Source of the DNA: a virus
Taxonomy: Duplodnaviria > Caudoviricetes
Strand: one strand, 5' to 3'
Length of the DNA: 64,000 nucleotides
Virus record (IMG/VR): IMGVR_UViG_3300028591_000081
Location: 32,001 to 96,000 of that record
The notes below the pieces were generated by a model. That model saw only the letters and a program-made list of their open reading frames with translations. It did not search any database and was not told the DNA's origin. A program made the translations under genes and the position numbers. This document shows, piece by piece, positions 18,815 through 29,225 of this stretch. Positions within the stretch are counted from its first letter, which is position 1. Each line of letters opens with the position of its first letter.

Positions 18815-20836
18815 ATGGCTAATCTGCACGCTATCAGCAATGTTCTCAAGCAGTTACAGGTGAAGAAACCTGAACTCAAAGAGCCACTTGTACCCATACG
18901 TGACTGGGTACAAGACCCGTATTATGTCGGTGAGGGAGGGGTGTTCAAGTGGAACGACGGCGTGCCGACTGGCATCTACCCATACTACCAAGACTTCCTG
19001 TGTGACCTGTTTGAGTATGAGAACAAGTACGACATGGTGGTTATCTCCGGCGGCATCGGCGGCGGTAAGACTTCAGTCGGTCTATACTGCTTCATCCGCA
19101 AGCTCTATGAGCAGAGCGTGTACAACAACATTCAGGGACGCTACGGGCTTATGCCAACCTCCCCCATTGTTTTCCTGTACTTCTGTGCCGTATCCAAGTT
19201 CATGGCTATCCGACTTGGTAAACAGTTACGTGAAATTATTGACACCATCCCGTACTTTCGAGAGAAGTTCCCAAGGGATGAGCACATAGACTCTGAATTA
19301 CGTTTCCCGAACAATGTGTCGGTCTTGTTCGGTACTGGCGAAGGGGACATGATCGGTAACAACGTCATCGCCAGTATTATCGACGAGGCCAACTTCAAGG
19401 GAGATGCTACCGGCGATTCTGGCTCCCTTACCGAAATGCAGAAGATGCATCATGCGGTTCTTTCCAGACAAGCCTCGCGATTTTCGTTTGGCGGGAAGAA
19501 TTATGGCATGAACATCGTCATCTCCTCTGCCACGACGAGCAACTCCTATACGGAATACTTGTTCAAGAAAGCACAGGAGGATCCACGATCCAAGGCAATC
19601 AATGTTCGCACTTGGGAAGTGAAGCCTTGGGCACACAAGAAGGAACGGTTTTATGTGTTCTGCGGGAATGAGAAGTACGAACCCTTTGTGATGGACAGCC
19701 CTCAGAAAATCGAGAGTCAGCTCAACCTTCCTGTCGATCACAGCAAGACTCTTTCTGAAATCGTGAAAGAGCTTCCTCAGGACATCCGTCGTCTGGTGGA
19801 TGAGGTTCCGGTGGATAGGAAGGACGACTATGAGCGAGACATTTACTTAGCTCTTCGAGACATCTCTGGAGTGTCTGTGTATGCGCAGGGTAAGCTGTTT
19901 CAGGACAAGCACGTGTTCGACCAGTGTATCGACAGCTCTATTCCTGTCTTGTTCAGTAAGAACGAATTCTCCATTGAGACCAACAACGACTCGCCAACGA
20001 ACTGCATTCAGTACTATCTGGAGCGTTCCTTTGTAGATCCAGACAGGCCACGCTTCATCCACATCGACTTAGGTCTGACGAATGACGCCACAGGTATCGC
20101 CTGTTGTTACAAATCCGGGGAAACCGTGGCCGACGGTGTGCGAACACCCATCTACACCTTCGATTTCTCGTTACGAATCGTCCCGCCGCCACTTCCACGT
20201 AAGATTTCCATTGCCCGTGTCAACGAGTTCATCATGTTCTTGTCGAAGCGGTTGCACATCGGAATGGTGTCAATGGATCAGTTTCAAAGCTCGTCGAGCT
20301 TGCAGTTCTTTGAAGAGAACCGCATCCCATGCCGCTACCAGAGTGTTGACCGAACCGATAAGGCGTATCTGTTCTTCGTGGACTGTATGTACCGGAAGAT
20401 CGTCAAGTTCCCGTCAGACTTTGCGGAGGCGATAAAGCACGAGCTGTTCAATCTGGACTGGAATAGGGATAAACACAAAGTGGATCACCCGAGTGATACG
20501 GCGCACGGCGGCATGAAAGATCGTATGGATGCCGTCGTGGGTGCACTTTACAATGCTTACGAAATCCAGACACCGTCGTATAATCCGCAGGACTTGCTTA
20601 CCCTCGCCATGCATAACCCTATTGAACACATCTCGTGGCGCGACGAGAACCACTATGGGACATCATCAGATCCTCAGAAGGATACAATGCCTCAGGAATT
20701 TGTTACCTCATGTGCAGACGAGAGGGAACTGCTTTCCATTCCTCTGACCCCTACTGTGAAAGACGACATGACTGAAGTCAACCGAAGCATGATTGATTGG
20801 GACAGCGTCATGCATCCGAAGGGTTCTGAGGAGTAG
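18815..20836 (+). CDS. terminase large subunit
   Basis: Walker A GGIGGGKT, Walker B IIDEANF, coupling motif ISSA, nuclease HIDLGLTNDATG, DHP...KDRMDA. Confidence 0.9.
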   Translation: MANLHAISNVLKQLQVKKPELKEPLVPIRDWVQDPYYVGEGGVFKWNDGVPTGIYPYYQDFLCDLFEYENKYDMVVISGGIGGGKTSVGLYCFIRKLYEQSVYNNIQGRYGLMPTSPIVFLYFCAVSKFMAIRLGKQLREIIDTIPYFREKFPRDEHIDSELRFPNNVSVLFGTGEGDMIGNNVIASIIDEANFKGDATGDSGSLTEMQKMHHAVLSRQASRFSFGGKNYGMNIVISSATTSNSYTEYLFKKAQEDPRSKAINVRTWEVKPWAHKKERFYVFCGNEKYEPFVMDSPQKIESQLNLPVDHSKTLSEIVKELPQDIRRLVDEVPVDRKDDYERDIYLALRDISGVSVYAQGKLFQDKHVFDQCIDSSIPVLFSKNEFSIETNNDSPTNCIQYYLERSFVDPDRPRFIHIDLGLTNDATGIACCYKSGETVADGVRTPIYTFDFSLRIVPPPLPRKISIARVNEFIMFLSKRLHIGMVSMDQFQSSSSLQFFEENRIPCRYQSVDRTDKAYLFFVDCMYRKIVKFPSDFAEAIKHELFNLDWNRDKHKVDHPSDTAHGGMKDRMDAVVGALYNAYEIQTPSYNPQDLLTLAMHNPIEHISWRDENHYGTSSDPQKDTMPQEFVTSCADERELLSIPLTPTVKDDMTEVNRSMIDWDSVMHPKGSEE

Positions 20837-20969
20837 TCTTGGCCTTTTTATCTCTACGTTTTCGGATGTAAATAATGAGGTCGTGGATACCAGACAGAAT
20901 CAGAAGGAAAAGCGCAATCCCTAGTAAGGTGGTGATGATGTTGAGGACTAAGGGGTTTGCTGTTGTCAT
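20808..20969 (-). CDS. small single-pass membrane protein (53 aa, not in ORF track)
   Basis: GGAGGAG RBS; MTTANPLVLNIITTLLGIALFLLILSGIHDLIIYIRKRRDKK...; overlaps terminase 3' end. Confidence 0.55.
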   Translation of the reverse strand: MTTANPLVLNIITTLLGIALFLLILSGIHDLIIYIRKRRDKKAKTTPQNPSDA

Positions 20970-21057
20970 AGGCTCCTCCGTTCAGATACAAAATACCCCT
21001 CCATATACGCCATAGCTTTGAGGCGGGAGGGGTCTGGTGATCCGTTAGATACCGGCA

Positions 21058-21798
21058 CTACATCTTGAGGATGGTTTTGAGGACGGTCTCTGGCTTGGTA
21101 CCTTTATCGGCATGGATGATCTTGATGCGGTGTTTGCTCATGTATGTCGCCCGTTCCTTTTCTTTTTTCTCATCATACCATCGGTGAGTCTCCTCATCGA
21201 ACTCTACGGCACACATGAACTTCTCATTACGGTTGAACACGGCCATGTCCAGCCTGTATATCGAGACCGGGTATTGTCGTTGAATGGTGTATCCGAACTC
21301 GCCTAGCATACTAGCGAGTCTCTCACAGAAGTGCGTCTCGGGTCTCGACGGGCAGATGATGGATTTGTCGATTCCAAGAGTGGTGCATAGGGCTTTCTTT
21401 ACCCGTTCAGAGGTCATGGTGTTATGCGCCATTACGAAAAGAATTCCATCCAGCGTCAGGAATCTGGTACGCGTCGTGATGTGCATGGTGGGGTCGTCTA
21501 CTAGACTGGAAAGGGTCTTCAGGAACCATTCGTACTCGTCTGGCTCGTTCCCGAAGTCTATGGCGTCCAGCATGTAGATGCGATACAGGTCTTGTGCAGT
21601 AAGGAGAAATCCACTGTCCTTGAGCAGGGTGTGTAGGTTCTGTGGGGCGCGGTACCCTAGGATTTGTGCCACATTGTTGATGGAGTAACACACTTGCTCA
21701 GAGATGAGTATCTCGAACAGATACAGTGAATCGAACCCTTGGATGCGTTTTCTGTGGAACTCTACGGCCCCGTTGTATGCTTTGTATGTGTACTGCAT
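21058..21798 (-). CDS. BRO-like N-terminus plus DUF559/PD-(D/E)xK endonuclease
   Basis: VAQILGY..P; C-terminal QYPVSIYRLDMAV...VEFDEETH. Confidence 0.7.
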   Translation of the reverse strand: MQYTYKAYNGAVEFHRKRIQGFDSLYLFEILISEQVCYSINNVAQILGYRAPQNLHTLLKDSGFLLTAQDLYRIYMLDAIDFGNEPDEYEWFLKTLSSLVDDPTMHITTRTRFLTLDGILFVMAHNTMTSERVKKALCTTLGIDKSIICPSRPETHFCERLASMLGEFGYTIQRQYPVSIYRLDMAVFNRNEKFMCAVEFDEETHRWYDEKKEKERATYMSKHRIKIIHADKGTKPETVLKTILKM

Positions 21799-21810
21799 GA
21801 TCTTCCCTTA

Positions 21811-21851
21811 TGGTGCTGAATTCTAAAAAGTACCTAGGGATGTGATATGTT
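21811..21851 (+). promoter_or_regulatory. phage TGGTGCTG-N24-TGA-TATGTT promoter
   Basis: Motif copy upstream of the hypothetical-thyX-nrdD-nrdG run. Confidence 0.7.
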
Positions 21852-21912
21852 TGTCGTGTCTCACAGGGGTGGGACATATCGGCAATGGGGCCGCTGGTTT
21901 TGGAGATGTACA

Positions 21913-23340
21913 ATGACGTGCAAGACAAATTTGAAAGACCGCAAGATTTTCCTGACATGGGGAGAGCTTTTTGAGCATCTTGGGATCCAGTTTATCAGTG
22001 TCCGTTATGATGCGGATGTGAAGGATGTTCTGAAATCGCTTCGTACTCAGTACAGCATGACATATTCAGCAATCTCTGATAAGATTTTTGACCGTGTTGT
22101 CAAAGCCTACAAGGGACGCTCTGTGTTTGAGCAGTTGTCGGCTCTGGGTTCCTCTCTTCAGGAACACGGGCTTCGTCTGTGTTACAAGAGGTCGCAGGAA
22201 TCTTACTTGGTATGGATAATGAAGTTTGACAATACTCAGGATTATCTGTCCTTCTGGAAAGACTATTTAACGCGCCGACAGTTCTTTGAAAACATTGACA
22301 CATTCATGTTACCTAAGGGAACTTCCCTTGAGTCCCCGGGATACGACCTCAGTCCTCGTTTGATCGACAAGACGTGGCAGGTGCGAACCCCGTCGTGGAA
22401 AAAGAATAAGGTTATTCCGAGCTACGTTTTGTCTCGCGATGGAAAGTCGTTTCTATGTGTTCCTTACTATGTAACCGAATGGGACTGTCAAAGGAAATAC
22501 TTGCATGTGTTTGACATGGACAACCTTGATGCTGGGGAAATCGAGGATGCCAAATTCTATTGCTCTCAGGCCATGCTTGAGCCTTATAAGTTGGTCATCC
22601 CTGTCGATGGTAAAGAGTATGTGTTTCTTGGAAGCGACCTTGGTAGTGCCAACAGTTGGAAGCTGACCAAGATTGATGACCTTGACCGTCACATTCCTGT
22701 GTACACTCGTGACAGTGACGATGAGGTGTTGGAAGACCTGTTCCCTCAGGTACGTTCCTTAACTAAGAAGAGGGGTTCCGAGGATGCGTGCAACTGGTCA
22801 AGGATCTTCGAGACTGCGAGATACGCGTATTATCACAACCACGGAGACGTATTACGGTATGATCGGGAATCTCGCAAATTTGAACGTACCAGAATCAACT
22901 TCTTTGGATTCACCTCTGAGAATGTGTTCGGATTCACCGTACATGGTCAGGAATGGATGGTTATCGGATATCCAAGTCATTCGAAACTGACATTAGACTT
23001 TGTTTTGTGGAATCCAGAGACCGGGGAGTGTTATACAGGTGCGGAACTGCATGAGATCGGTAGCGTGTCTTATGAACAATTCTTTGTGTATGGGGAGCGT
23101 CTGTACGCACTTCTCGGAGACGGTCGTCTTTGCAGGTATCATCGGTTTGAGGATTTAATCGACACCTTCCGTCATACCTGTCGTGAAGTTAAACTGGATG
23201 CAGGGGAGTGGGTTCCTGAAGTCAAAAAATCCTTCAAGGTGAGTCCGTTCGCACAGTTGTCGGTCAGTACACAGTTCCGGGCGCGTTCCATTTCCTTTGA
23301 AGATGGTACCTCACTGGAACTCGAAGTTAGCAATGGGTAA
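21913..23340 (+). CDS. hypothetical protein
   Basis: Long ORF; start MTCKT with GGAG RBS. Confidence 0.65.
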   Translation: MTCKTNLKDRKIFLTWGELFEHLGIQFISVRYDADVKDVLKSLRTQYSMTYSAISDKIFDRVVKAYKGRSVFEQLSALGSSLQEHGLRLCYKRSQESYLVWIMKFDNTQDYLSFWKDYLTRRQFFENIDTFMLPKGTSLESPGYDLSPRLIDKTWQVRTPSWKKNKVIPSYVLSRDGKSFLCVPYYVTEWDCQRKYLHVFDMDNLDAGEIEDAKFYCSQAMLEPYKLVIPVDGKEYVFLGSDLGSANSWKLTKIDDLDRHIPVYTRDSDDEVLEDLFPQVRSLTKKRGSEDACNWSRIFETARYAYYHNHGDVLRYDRESRKFERTRINFFGFTSENVFGFTVHGQEWMVIGYPSHSKLTLDFVLWNPETGECYTGAELHEIGSVSYEQFFVYGERLYALLGDGRLCRYHRFEDLIDTFRHTCREVKLDAGEWVPEVKKSFKVSPFAQLSVSTQFRARSISFEDGTSLELEVSNG

Positions 23341-23352
23341 GGAGTTTGGAAT

Positions 23353-24051
23353 ATGGGTGAGCAAGGTTGTAATGTTGACAAGGGTTCGGAAGCGTGTCCG
23401 TCTATCCGTATCGTGGAACCTTCGTGGGAAGTTCTTACGCCTCTGGATGGAGATAGGATACTCAAGTCTATTGAGGCAGTGGGCCGAACCTGTTATCAGT
23501 CAGCAAGGAATACCACAGAGGATTCCTGTTATCGTTTCGTGAAGATGCTCATAGAACGTGGCCATGAGGCGATGATTGAACATGAAATCGTCACGGTGCG
23601 ATTTCATGTGGACAGGGCTATCCAGAATGAACTCGTCCGGCACAGACTTTCCAGCTTTGCCGTCGAGTCTACCCGATTTGTCAATTACAGCTTGGAGAAG
23701 AATGGTCACAGCATATCGGTTATACTGCCTCCGGGAATCAAAAAGGGTACATGTGAGTATGACATGTGGGTAAAAGCCATGCAGACAAGTTCCGATATGT
23801 ACTTTGAATTATTAAAGACCGGGCGGCCAGAGATCGCACGCAGTGTGCTTCCACTGGCATTGAAGACGGAAATCGTGATGACGGCAAACTTACGGCAATG
23901 GCGAAACGTGTTCAGGCTTCGTTGCGACAGGGCGGCACATCCACAGATGCGTCAGGTGATGTTGCCTCTGTTATCGTATCTCAAAAAGCAGATTCCTGTC
24001 GTCTTTGATGATCTTGATTATCCAGAAGAGCTAGAACAATCCACGGTCTGA
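23353..24051 (+). CDS. thyX: FAD-dependent thymidylate synthase
   Basis: GHEAMIEH, ELVRHRLSSFAVESTRFV (RHRx7S), ARSVLP, NLRQW, AHPQMR. Confidence 0.95.
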   Translation: MGEQGCNVDKGSEACPSIRIVEPSWEVLTPLDGDRILKSIEAVGRTCYQSARNTTEDSCYRFVKMLIERGHEAMIEHEIVTVRFHVDRAIQNELVRHRLSSFAVESTRFVNYSLEKNGHSISVILPPGIKKGTCEYDMWVKAMQTSSDMYFELLKTGRPEIARSVLPLALKTEIVMTANLRQWRNVFRLRCDRAAHPQMRQVMLPLLSYLKKQIPVVFDDLDYPEELEQSTV

Positions 24052-24142
24052 ACGTTATACTCCAAAGTGAATGTCAGCATGAGGGCCGGTAGAAATACCG
24101 GCTTTTGTTTACCCCTTCAATCTTAGTCGATGGAGTGTTCGT

Positions 24143-27100
24143 ATGGCCCCTGAAAGTCGTTCTTTGTCTGTCTTGAAGAAGACCAACACAGTCGTCCCTT
24201 TTGACGGCAACAAAATAAAGTCCGCTATCCGTAAGTCTGCTGAACGCGTCAATGTAACGCTCACGCCACAGCAGGAGGATTTCGTTGTTTCCTATGTGGA
24301 GAACCTGTGCTCTCCTGAAGAACCGGTACTGGTGAAGACGTTGCACAATTATGTGGAGTGTGCTTTGGATTCTGCAAGCCCTGAGGTGGCCAGAAGCTAC
24401 CGGGAGTATCGGAATTACAAGACGCAGTTCGTGAAGATGCTTGATCAGGTGTATCGGAAAAAGCTGGAGCTGAATGATAGTCGTGATACGTCAAATGCGA
24501 ACGCAGATTCCGAGCTTGTTACCACTCAGAAATCCATTGCGTATGCCGAGCTGAATGGAGAGCTTTACAAGAGGTTTTTCCTGACGGATGAGGAGAACAA
24601 AGCACAGGAGGATGGTTACATCTACATCCATGACAAAGGTGCTAGACTCGATACGTCAAACTGTTTTCGTCGAGACACCAGATTTATTACCAACCTCGGT
24701 GTAAAGTCATTTTACGATTTTAATGAAGGTGATACTGTTACAGTCCTTTCCCATAAGGGGGTGTGGCGAAATGCGCGTGTAGTCAAACTTCCGTGGAGTA
24801 AACTTCAACGTGTGTGGCTCAAACGTGGAAATGGAAATGAAACCTATGTGGACTGTACACCCAATCACAGATGGATTCTGAAAGACGGTTCTGTGACAAC
24901 GGAACTGAAAGTCGGAGATGCTTTGTATTATACAGTAGATCGTACTCGGCTGAAGTTCGATGATCTGTCTTTTGAGGATATGAAGCTGTGGTGTCTTGGA
25001 TTTGGGTTTGCAGATGGATCGGTGTCCGGAGGATTGAGTACAGAAGCCGACAAGCTCCGGACTACGATGAGAATTCGTCTTTGTGGCCGTAAAGTTGAGT
25101 TTGCAGACCGATTCTGTAAAGCAGGGTATAAGGTCAAAGAAATCTCAGGTACGAAAGACTTAATGGTTTACCTGAATGAGGTTCACAACAAAAGACTTCC
25201 GTACAATATGGATGAGCACAAGATTGCTGTGTTTATGAATGGTTATATGTGTGCTGATGGATGCCGTCAGTTGTCAAATGGAATCAATTCAATGTTCAGA
25301 GGTGTTCAAGTTACAGGTGAGTTCAACGATTGGATGTATGACTTCCTGAACATTGCCGGGTATTATGTTACACGAACAAAAGTGTTGGATGGTGAAGAAA
25401 CCAATTACGGTGTGAGACGCGATAGAACCATTCTTTATGGAACATTCTCAAGTTCTGGCGACAAGACTTGGAGAGTGACTAGAATCGAAGATACAACCTT
25501 GAATCCGAAAGCCTGTGTGTGGTGTCTTGACGTTGAGGAAGACCACTCGTTTATGCTTGAAAAGGGTATTCCAACAGGCAACTGTATGCTTTGCGATGTT
25601 AAGGAGATTTTCAAAGGCGGTTTTCACATGGGAACCGTACAGTACCGTGAACCTAAGACAATCGGAACGGCGATCACTCTGATGATAGACATTATCCTGA
25701 GTGCCGGGTCTTGTCAGTACGGAGGATTCACGGTCAGTGAGATCGACAAGGTTCTTGCTCCTTACGCTGAAAATTCGTACAACCGCTATTATGAGGAGTG
25801 GGAAGAGATTTCAGGCAAGTCTGATTTTGGAAAGGCGGATGCCTATGCCATGAAGAAACTTCGTAAAGAGATTGAGGATGGGGCGATTGAGTGTGAGATG
25901 CGTCTCAACAGTGCCACCACGGCAAGGGGAGATTTCATCTTCTCTTCCATTTCGTTTGGTCTGTCTGATAATCAGTTTGGGCAGTTGATCACATCCTGCT
26001 TTTTGAAAGTGCGCAGAACAGGGGCTGGTACAGCCGACGGTATCCCAGTCCTGTTCCCAAAGCTCACATTCATGTACGATGAAGCTAAGCATGGTGCGGG
26101 TAAAGGACAAGAGTGGTTATTCCTTGAAGCTGTTGAATGCACACAACGGGCACAGTATCCAGATTTCCTGTCCATGAGCGGCGATGGTTATGCCCCGTCT
26201 ATTTACAAGAAATATGGCGTTACGATCAGCCGCATGGGATGCAGGGCGAATCTCTCCCCATGGTACGAGCGTGGAGGTATGGAACCCGCCGATGAGGAAG
26301 ATCGTCCGGTTTATGAGGGACGGTTTAATATGGGAGCCATAACACTCAACTTCCCAATGATCGTCAAGAAGGCTCAGGATGAGGGAAAGGATTTCTATGA
26401 GGTTCTTACATACTACCTTGATCTTTGCCGTAAGATTCATCTTCGGACGCTGGATTACTTCGCGCATAAAAAAGCTGGGATCAACCCTCTTATCTTCTGC
26501 GAAGGCGGCGGGTACGGTGGGCATTTGAAAGAGACTGATGAGATCGGTCGTGATTTCCTCCGGCCATGTACTGTGTCCTTCGGAATCTCTGCCTTGAATG
26601 AGGCCACGATGATGTATAAAGGTAAGTCCCTGTATGAAGATAAGGCGCAGTTTGCAGAAGAAGTCTTGAAATTCGTCAATGACTATGCGAACCGTTACAA
26701 GAAAGAGGACGGGGTTCTTTACGCTGTGTACGGTACTCCGGCAGAAAGCCTGTCGTCTTTACAGGTGACGCAGTTCCGTAAGAAGTACGGCATTATCAAG
26801 GGAGTCTCGGATCGCAAGTACATGTCCAATTCGTTCCATGTCCATGTCTCAGAAGATATCACGCCGATGGAGAAGATGGATGTCGAGTACAAGTGTTTTC
26901 ATCTGTGCAACGGCGGGAACATCATATACAACCGATTTGGAACAGATTACAATACGAAAGCCTATGTCACCTTGATTCGTGAAGCGATGAAGCGCGGGTA
27001 TTACTACGGGTGCAATATCAGCAAGAATTACTGTTGCACCTGCGGTGCCGAGTTCCTAGATAATGACAAGTGTCCGAAATGCGGTAGTTCAGATCTGGTA

Positions 27101-27205
27101 CGGATTTCGAGGGTGTGCGGATACCTCGGTCTTGAGCGGGTTCATGGAGACACACGCATGAACGAAGGTAAACGTGCCGAAATCGACGACAGAAAGTGCA
27201 TGTAG
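24143..27205 (+). CDS. nrdD: anaerobic (class III) ribonucleoside-triphosphate reductase with ATP cone and one intein
   Basis: ATP cone, IYIHD, QYGG, FPKL, MGCR, TPAESL, CxxC..CxxC, glycyl-radical RVCGYLG. Confidence 0.95.
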   Translation: MAPESRSLSVLKKTNTVVPFDGNKIKSAIRKSAERVNVTLTPQQEDFVVSYVENLCSPEEPVLVKTLHNYVECALDSASPEVARSYREYRNYKTQFVKMLDQVYRKKLELNDSRDTSNANADSELVTTQKSIAYAELNGELYKRFFLTDEENKAQEDGYIYIHDKGARLDTSNCFRRDTRFITNLGVKSFYDFNEGDTVTVLSHKGVWRNARVVKLPWSKLQRVWLKRGNGNETYVDCTPNHRWILKDGSVTTELKVGDALYYTVDRTRLKFDDLSFEDMKLWCLGFGFADGSVSGGLSTEADKLRTTMRIRLCGRKVEFADRFCKAGYKVKEISGTKDLMVYLNEVHNKRLPYNMDEHKIAVFMNGYMCADGCRQLSNGINSMFRGVQVTGEFNDWMYDFLNIAGYYVTRTKVLDGEETNYGVRRDRTILYGTFSSSGDKTWRVTRIEDTTLNPKACVWCLDVEEDHSFMLEKGIPTGNCMLCDVKEIFKGGFHMGTVQYREPKTIGTAITLMIDIILSAGSCQYGGFTVSEIDKVLAPYAENSYNRYYEEWEEISGKSDFGKADAYAMKKLRKEIEDGAIECEMRLNSATTARGDFIFSSISFGLSDNQFGQLITSCFLKVRRTGAGTADGIPVLFPKLTFMYDEAKHGAGKGQEWLFLEAVECTQRAQYPDFLSMSGDGYAPSIYKKYGVTISRMGCRANLSPWYERGGMEPADEEDRPVYEGRFNMGAITLNFPMIVKKAQDEGKDFYEVLTYYLDLCRKIHLRTLDYFAHKKAGINPLIFCEGGGYGGHLKETDEIGRDFLRPCTVSFGISALNEATMMYKGKSLYEDKAQFAEEVLKFVNDYANRYKKEDGVLYAVYGTPAESLSSLQVTQFRKKYGIIKGVSDRKYMSNSFHVHVSEDITPMEKMDVEYKCFHLCNGGNIIYNRFGTDYNTKAYVTLIREAMKRGYYYGCNISKNYCCTCGAEFLDNDKCPKCGSSDLVRISRVCGYLGLERVHGDTRMNEGKRAEIDDRKCM
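24662..25582 (+). mobile_element. intein with LAGLIDADG homing endonuclease in NrdD (307 aa)
   Basis: N|CFRRDTRF...CTPNHRW...LGFGFADG...FMNGYMCADG...VWCLDVEEDHSF...TGN|C. Confidence 0.9.
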
Positions 27206-27263
27206 ACTTGTAACCTGTGAGCAAGGCATGGTTTGTGTCTTGCTCTGTTCATGGAGATAGAAT

Positions 27264-28145
27264 ATGAATTACTCAGGGATAAAATACTGTGACATGATGA
27301 ACGGCGATGGTCTTCGCACCGTACTGTTTGTAAGTGGGTGTTCGCACAAATGCCCTTCATGTCACAATCCTCAAACGCATGATCCATGTTACGGTCAGCA
27401 GTTTACCATCGGAACCATGCAGGATATTATGGATTCACTAAGTCTTGAATTCTGTTCAGGACTGACCTTGTCCGGAGGCGACCCTTTATATCCTGACAAT
27501 CGTGAGGAGGTGAGGCATATCGTTGAAACCGTCAAAGGTGAGTTCGGAAATGAAAAGACAATCTGGCTGTACACAGGCTATACGTATGGAGAACTTAAAA
27601 AGCAGATCGAGGACGGAGATGTGACACTTCGGCGTATTCTTGATTGCGTTGATGTGCTTGTTGACGGTCCGTTCGTTCTGTCAAGAAAACGCACAGGACT
27701 TCACTGGCGCGGTTCAGACAATCAGAACATGCTTCGTTTAGAGCATGGTAAAGTTGCTTACATTGTTGAACAGTGGAAAGAATGTAAAGACAGTGTTGAG
27801 TATAGCTATGATTCTGATGTGATGTCACGCAGACATTATGAGCTTCGTATTGATGATGTTGAGTGCCTTCGCCTGTCTAACAAATCGGTACGTATGATCC
27901 TCCAAGACAATAACAGGCTCAAGCTGACTGCTCGGTTTTTTGCTTCAGATGATGTTGTGAACTTCCTCCCATCCTTCGAGACGGGCAAAGACCATCGTAT
28001 TGTTGTCACGCAGTTCGCGGATGACGGTTCTTGGAACTATAACGTAGTTGACGGTATTTTTGTCTGTAAGTCTTCACGTATGGTTAGTGTTCAAGAAGGA
28101 GACACTACTCAGGATGAGCTGGTGCTTGAGTTTGTTCAGGCGTGA
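27264..28145 (+). CDS. nrdG: anaerobic RNR activase with ~110 aa C-terminal extension
   Basis: NGDGLRTVLFVSGCSHKCPSCHN, GLTLSGGDPL, IWLYTGY, VDGPF, RGSDNQ. Confidence 0.95.
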   Translation: MNYSGIKYCDMMNGDGLRTVLFVSGCSHKCPSCHNPQTHDPCYGQQFTIGTMQDIMDSLSLEFCSGLTLSGGDPLYPDNREEVRHIVETVKGEFGNEKTIWLYTGYTYGELKKQIEDGDVTLRRILDCVDVLVDGPFVLSRKRTGLHWRGSDNQNMLRLEHGKVAYIVEQWKECKDSVEYSYDSDVMSRRHYELRIDDVECLRLSNKSVRMILQDNNRLKLTARFFASDDVVNFLPSFETGKDHRIVVTQFADDGSWNYNVVDGIFVCKSSRMVSVQEGDTTQDELVLEFVQA

Positions 28146-28161
28146 GAGCCTGACAAAGTTG

Positions 28162-28201
28162 TGGTGCTGTTCTGAATTCTGTATTTGTTTTGTGTTATCG
28201 T
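28162..28201 (+). promoter_or_regulatory. phage TGGTGCTG-N23-TGT-TATCGT promoter
   Basis: Motif copy right after nrdG, followed by a leader hairpin GGGAGCAC/GTGCTCCC. Confidence 0.7.
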
Positions 28202-28273
28202 TTCCGTGTCATGGGGAGCACACATGAGTGCTCCCTTTGCAGGGTTGACCAGAATTCAGAACAGGAGCAGTTT

Positions 28274-28555
28274 ATGAGGGATGTTCGGATAACACGTTTT
28301 GAACACAGAAACCAAATCAGCGGCGTGTTCCAGTTTAAGGGTCACTGGTATTTGGCCGACCTTATCGAACTTCAATACGGACTGGATCTTTATGACTCAC
28401 CTTACGAATTCATGGTTTTTAAGGCTGATGAACAAGGAGAGGTCACTGACTGGTCAGGGGAATTCGTACTCAGACCTGACGGTGTTTCCGAGGAAGTCCT
28501 GATGGAATGTATTGAAGATTTCTGTCAGCATTATGAAGGGAGAAGTGATGAATAA
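28274..28555 (+). CDS. hypothetical protein
   Basis: AGGAG RBS before MRDVR. Confidence 0.65.
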   Translation: MRDVRITRFEHRNQISGVFQFKGHWYLADLIELQYGLDLYDSPYEFMVFKADEQGEVTDWSGEFVLRPDGVSEEVLMECIEDFCQHYEGRSDE

Positions 28556-29138
28556 GGAAGTATTGGTTCGTGCGCTACGCAAATTTGAACAGCAGAATGA
28601 GTCTTTGAAAAAGACGGTGTCGGCTCTTCAGTCTGAAGCTGACGCACGGGATTACTTGGTCACTCAAATTCTGTTGGGTTTGAATGTTCCAAAGTATCGA
28701 AAGTCTCAGGATGAAAAGGAATTTGAGGAGCTTTCAAAAACGAATCTGTGGTATGTGGCCGGGTTAGGTTTCTTTATACGCTTTGTTGTATTTGGTTATG
28801 GAGACATCCTTGAAGACCCTTTTGAGTTGAATGTTTCACACGTTGACTGGTCCAACAGACGTTTGAGGTTTTCAAGCTGTGTTGGTGATGATGTGACGAA
28901 TGAATTGAAAAGATGGGAAAGTTGTTTTCATTTCAAGAAGAGAGACGGCGATCCTTCGGCCCCGTGGGCTATTTTGTACACCAATGGTGCGGTGAAAAAA
29001 CGGTTTAAGCTGTTTAATCTTCTTCCTCAAGGGTGTTTTTCCTTCAGTCAAGGATCCTTTGGAACCGGTGTTGCGGACGGAATTTTCTCGTTTCAGACCT
29101 CAATAGAACAGCCCGTAAGATTGGAGAACAGTTTATGA
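28548..29138 (+). CDS. hypothetical protein: coiled coil plus possible tail-tube-like domain
   Basis: Overlapping start; L..W...G...RFKL.N..P pattern. Confidence 0.55.
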   Translation: MNKEVLVRALRKFEQQNESLKKTVSALQSEADARDYLVTQILLGLNVPKYRKSQDEKEFEELSKTNLWYVAGLGFFIRFVVFGYGDILEDPFELNVSHVDWSNRRLRFSSCVGDDVTNELKRWESCFHFKKRDGDPSAPWAILYTNGAVKKRFKLFNLLPQGCFSFSQGSFGTGVADGIFSFQTSIEQPVRLENSL

Positions 29139-29225
29139 AACACTCTGGCTTAAAGTGGGAGTTTCACGTATGACGCTAGGACGACTCAAAGTGTGTTCTA
29201 GCCTGTCGTTGGGTCTTCTTGAGAA

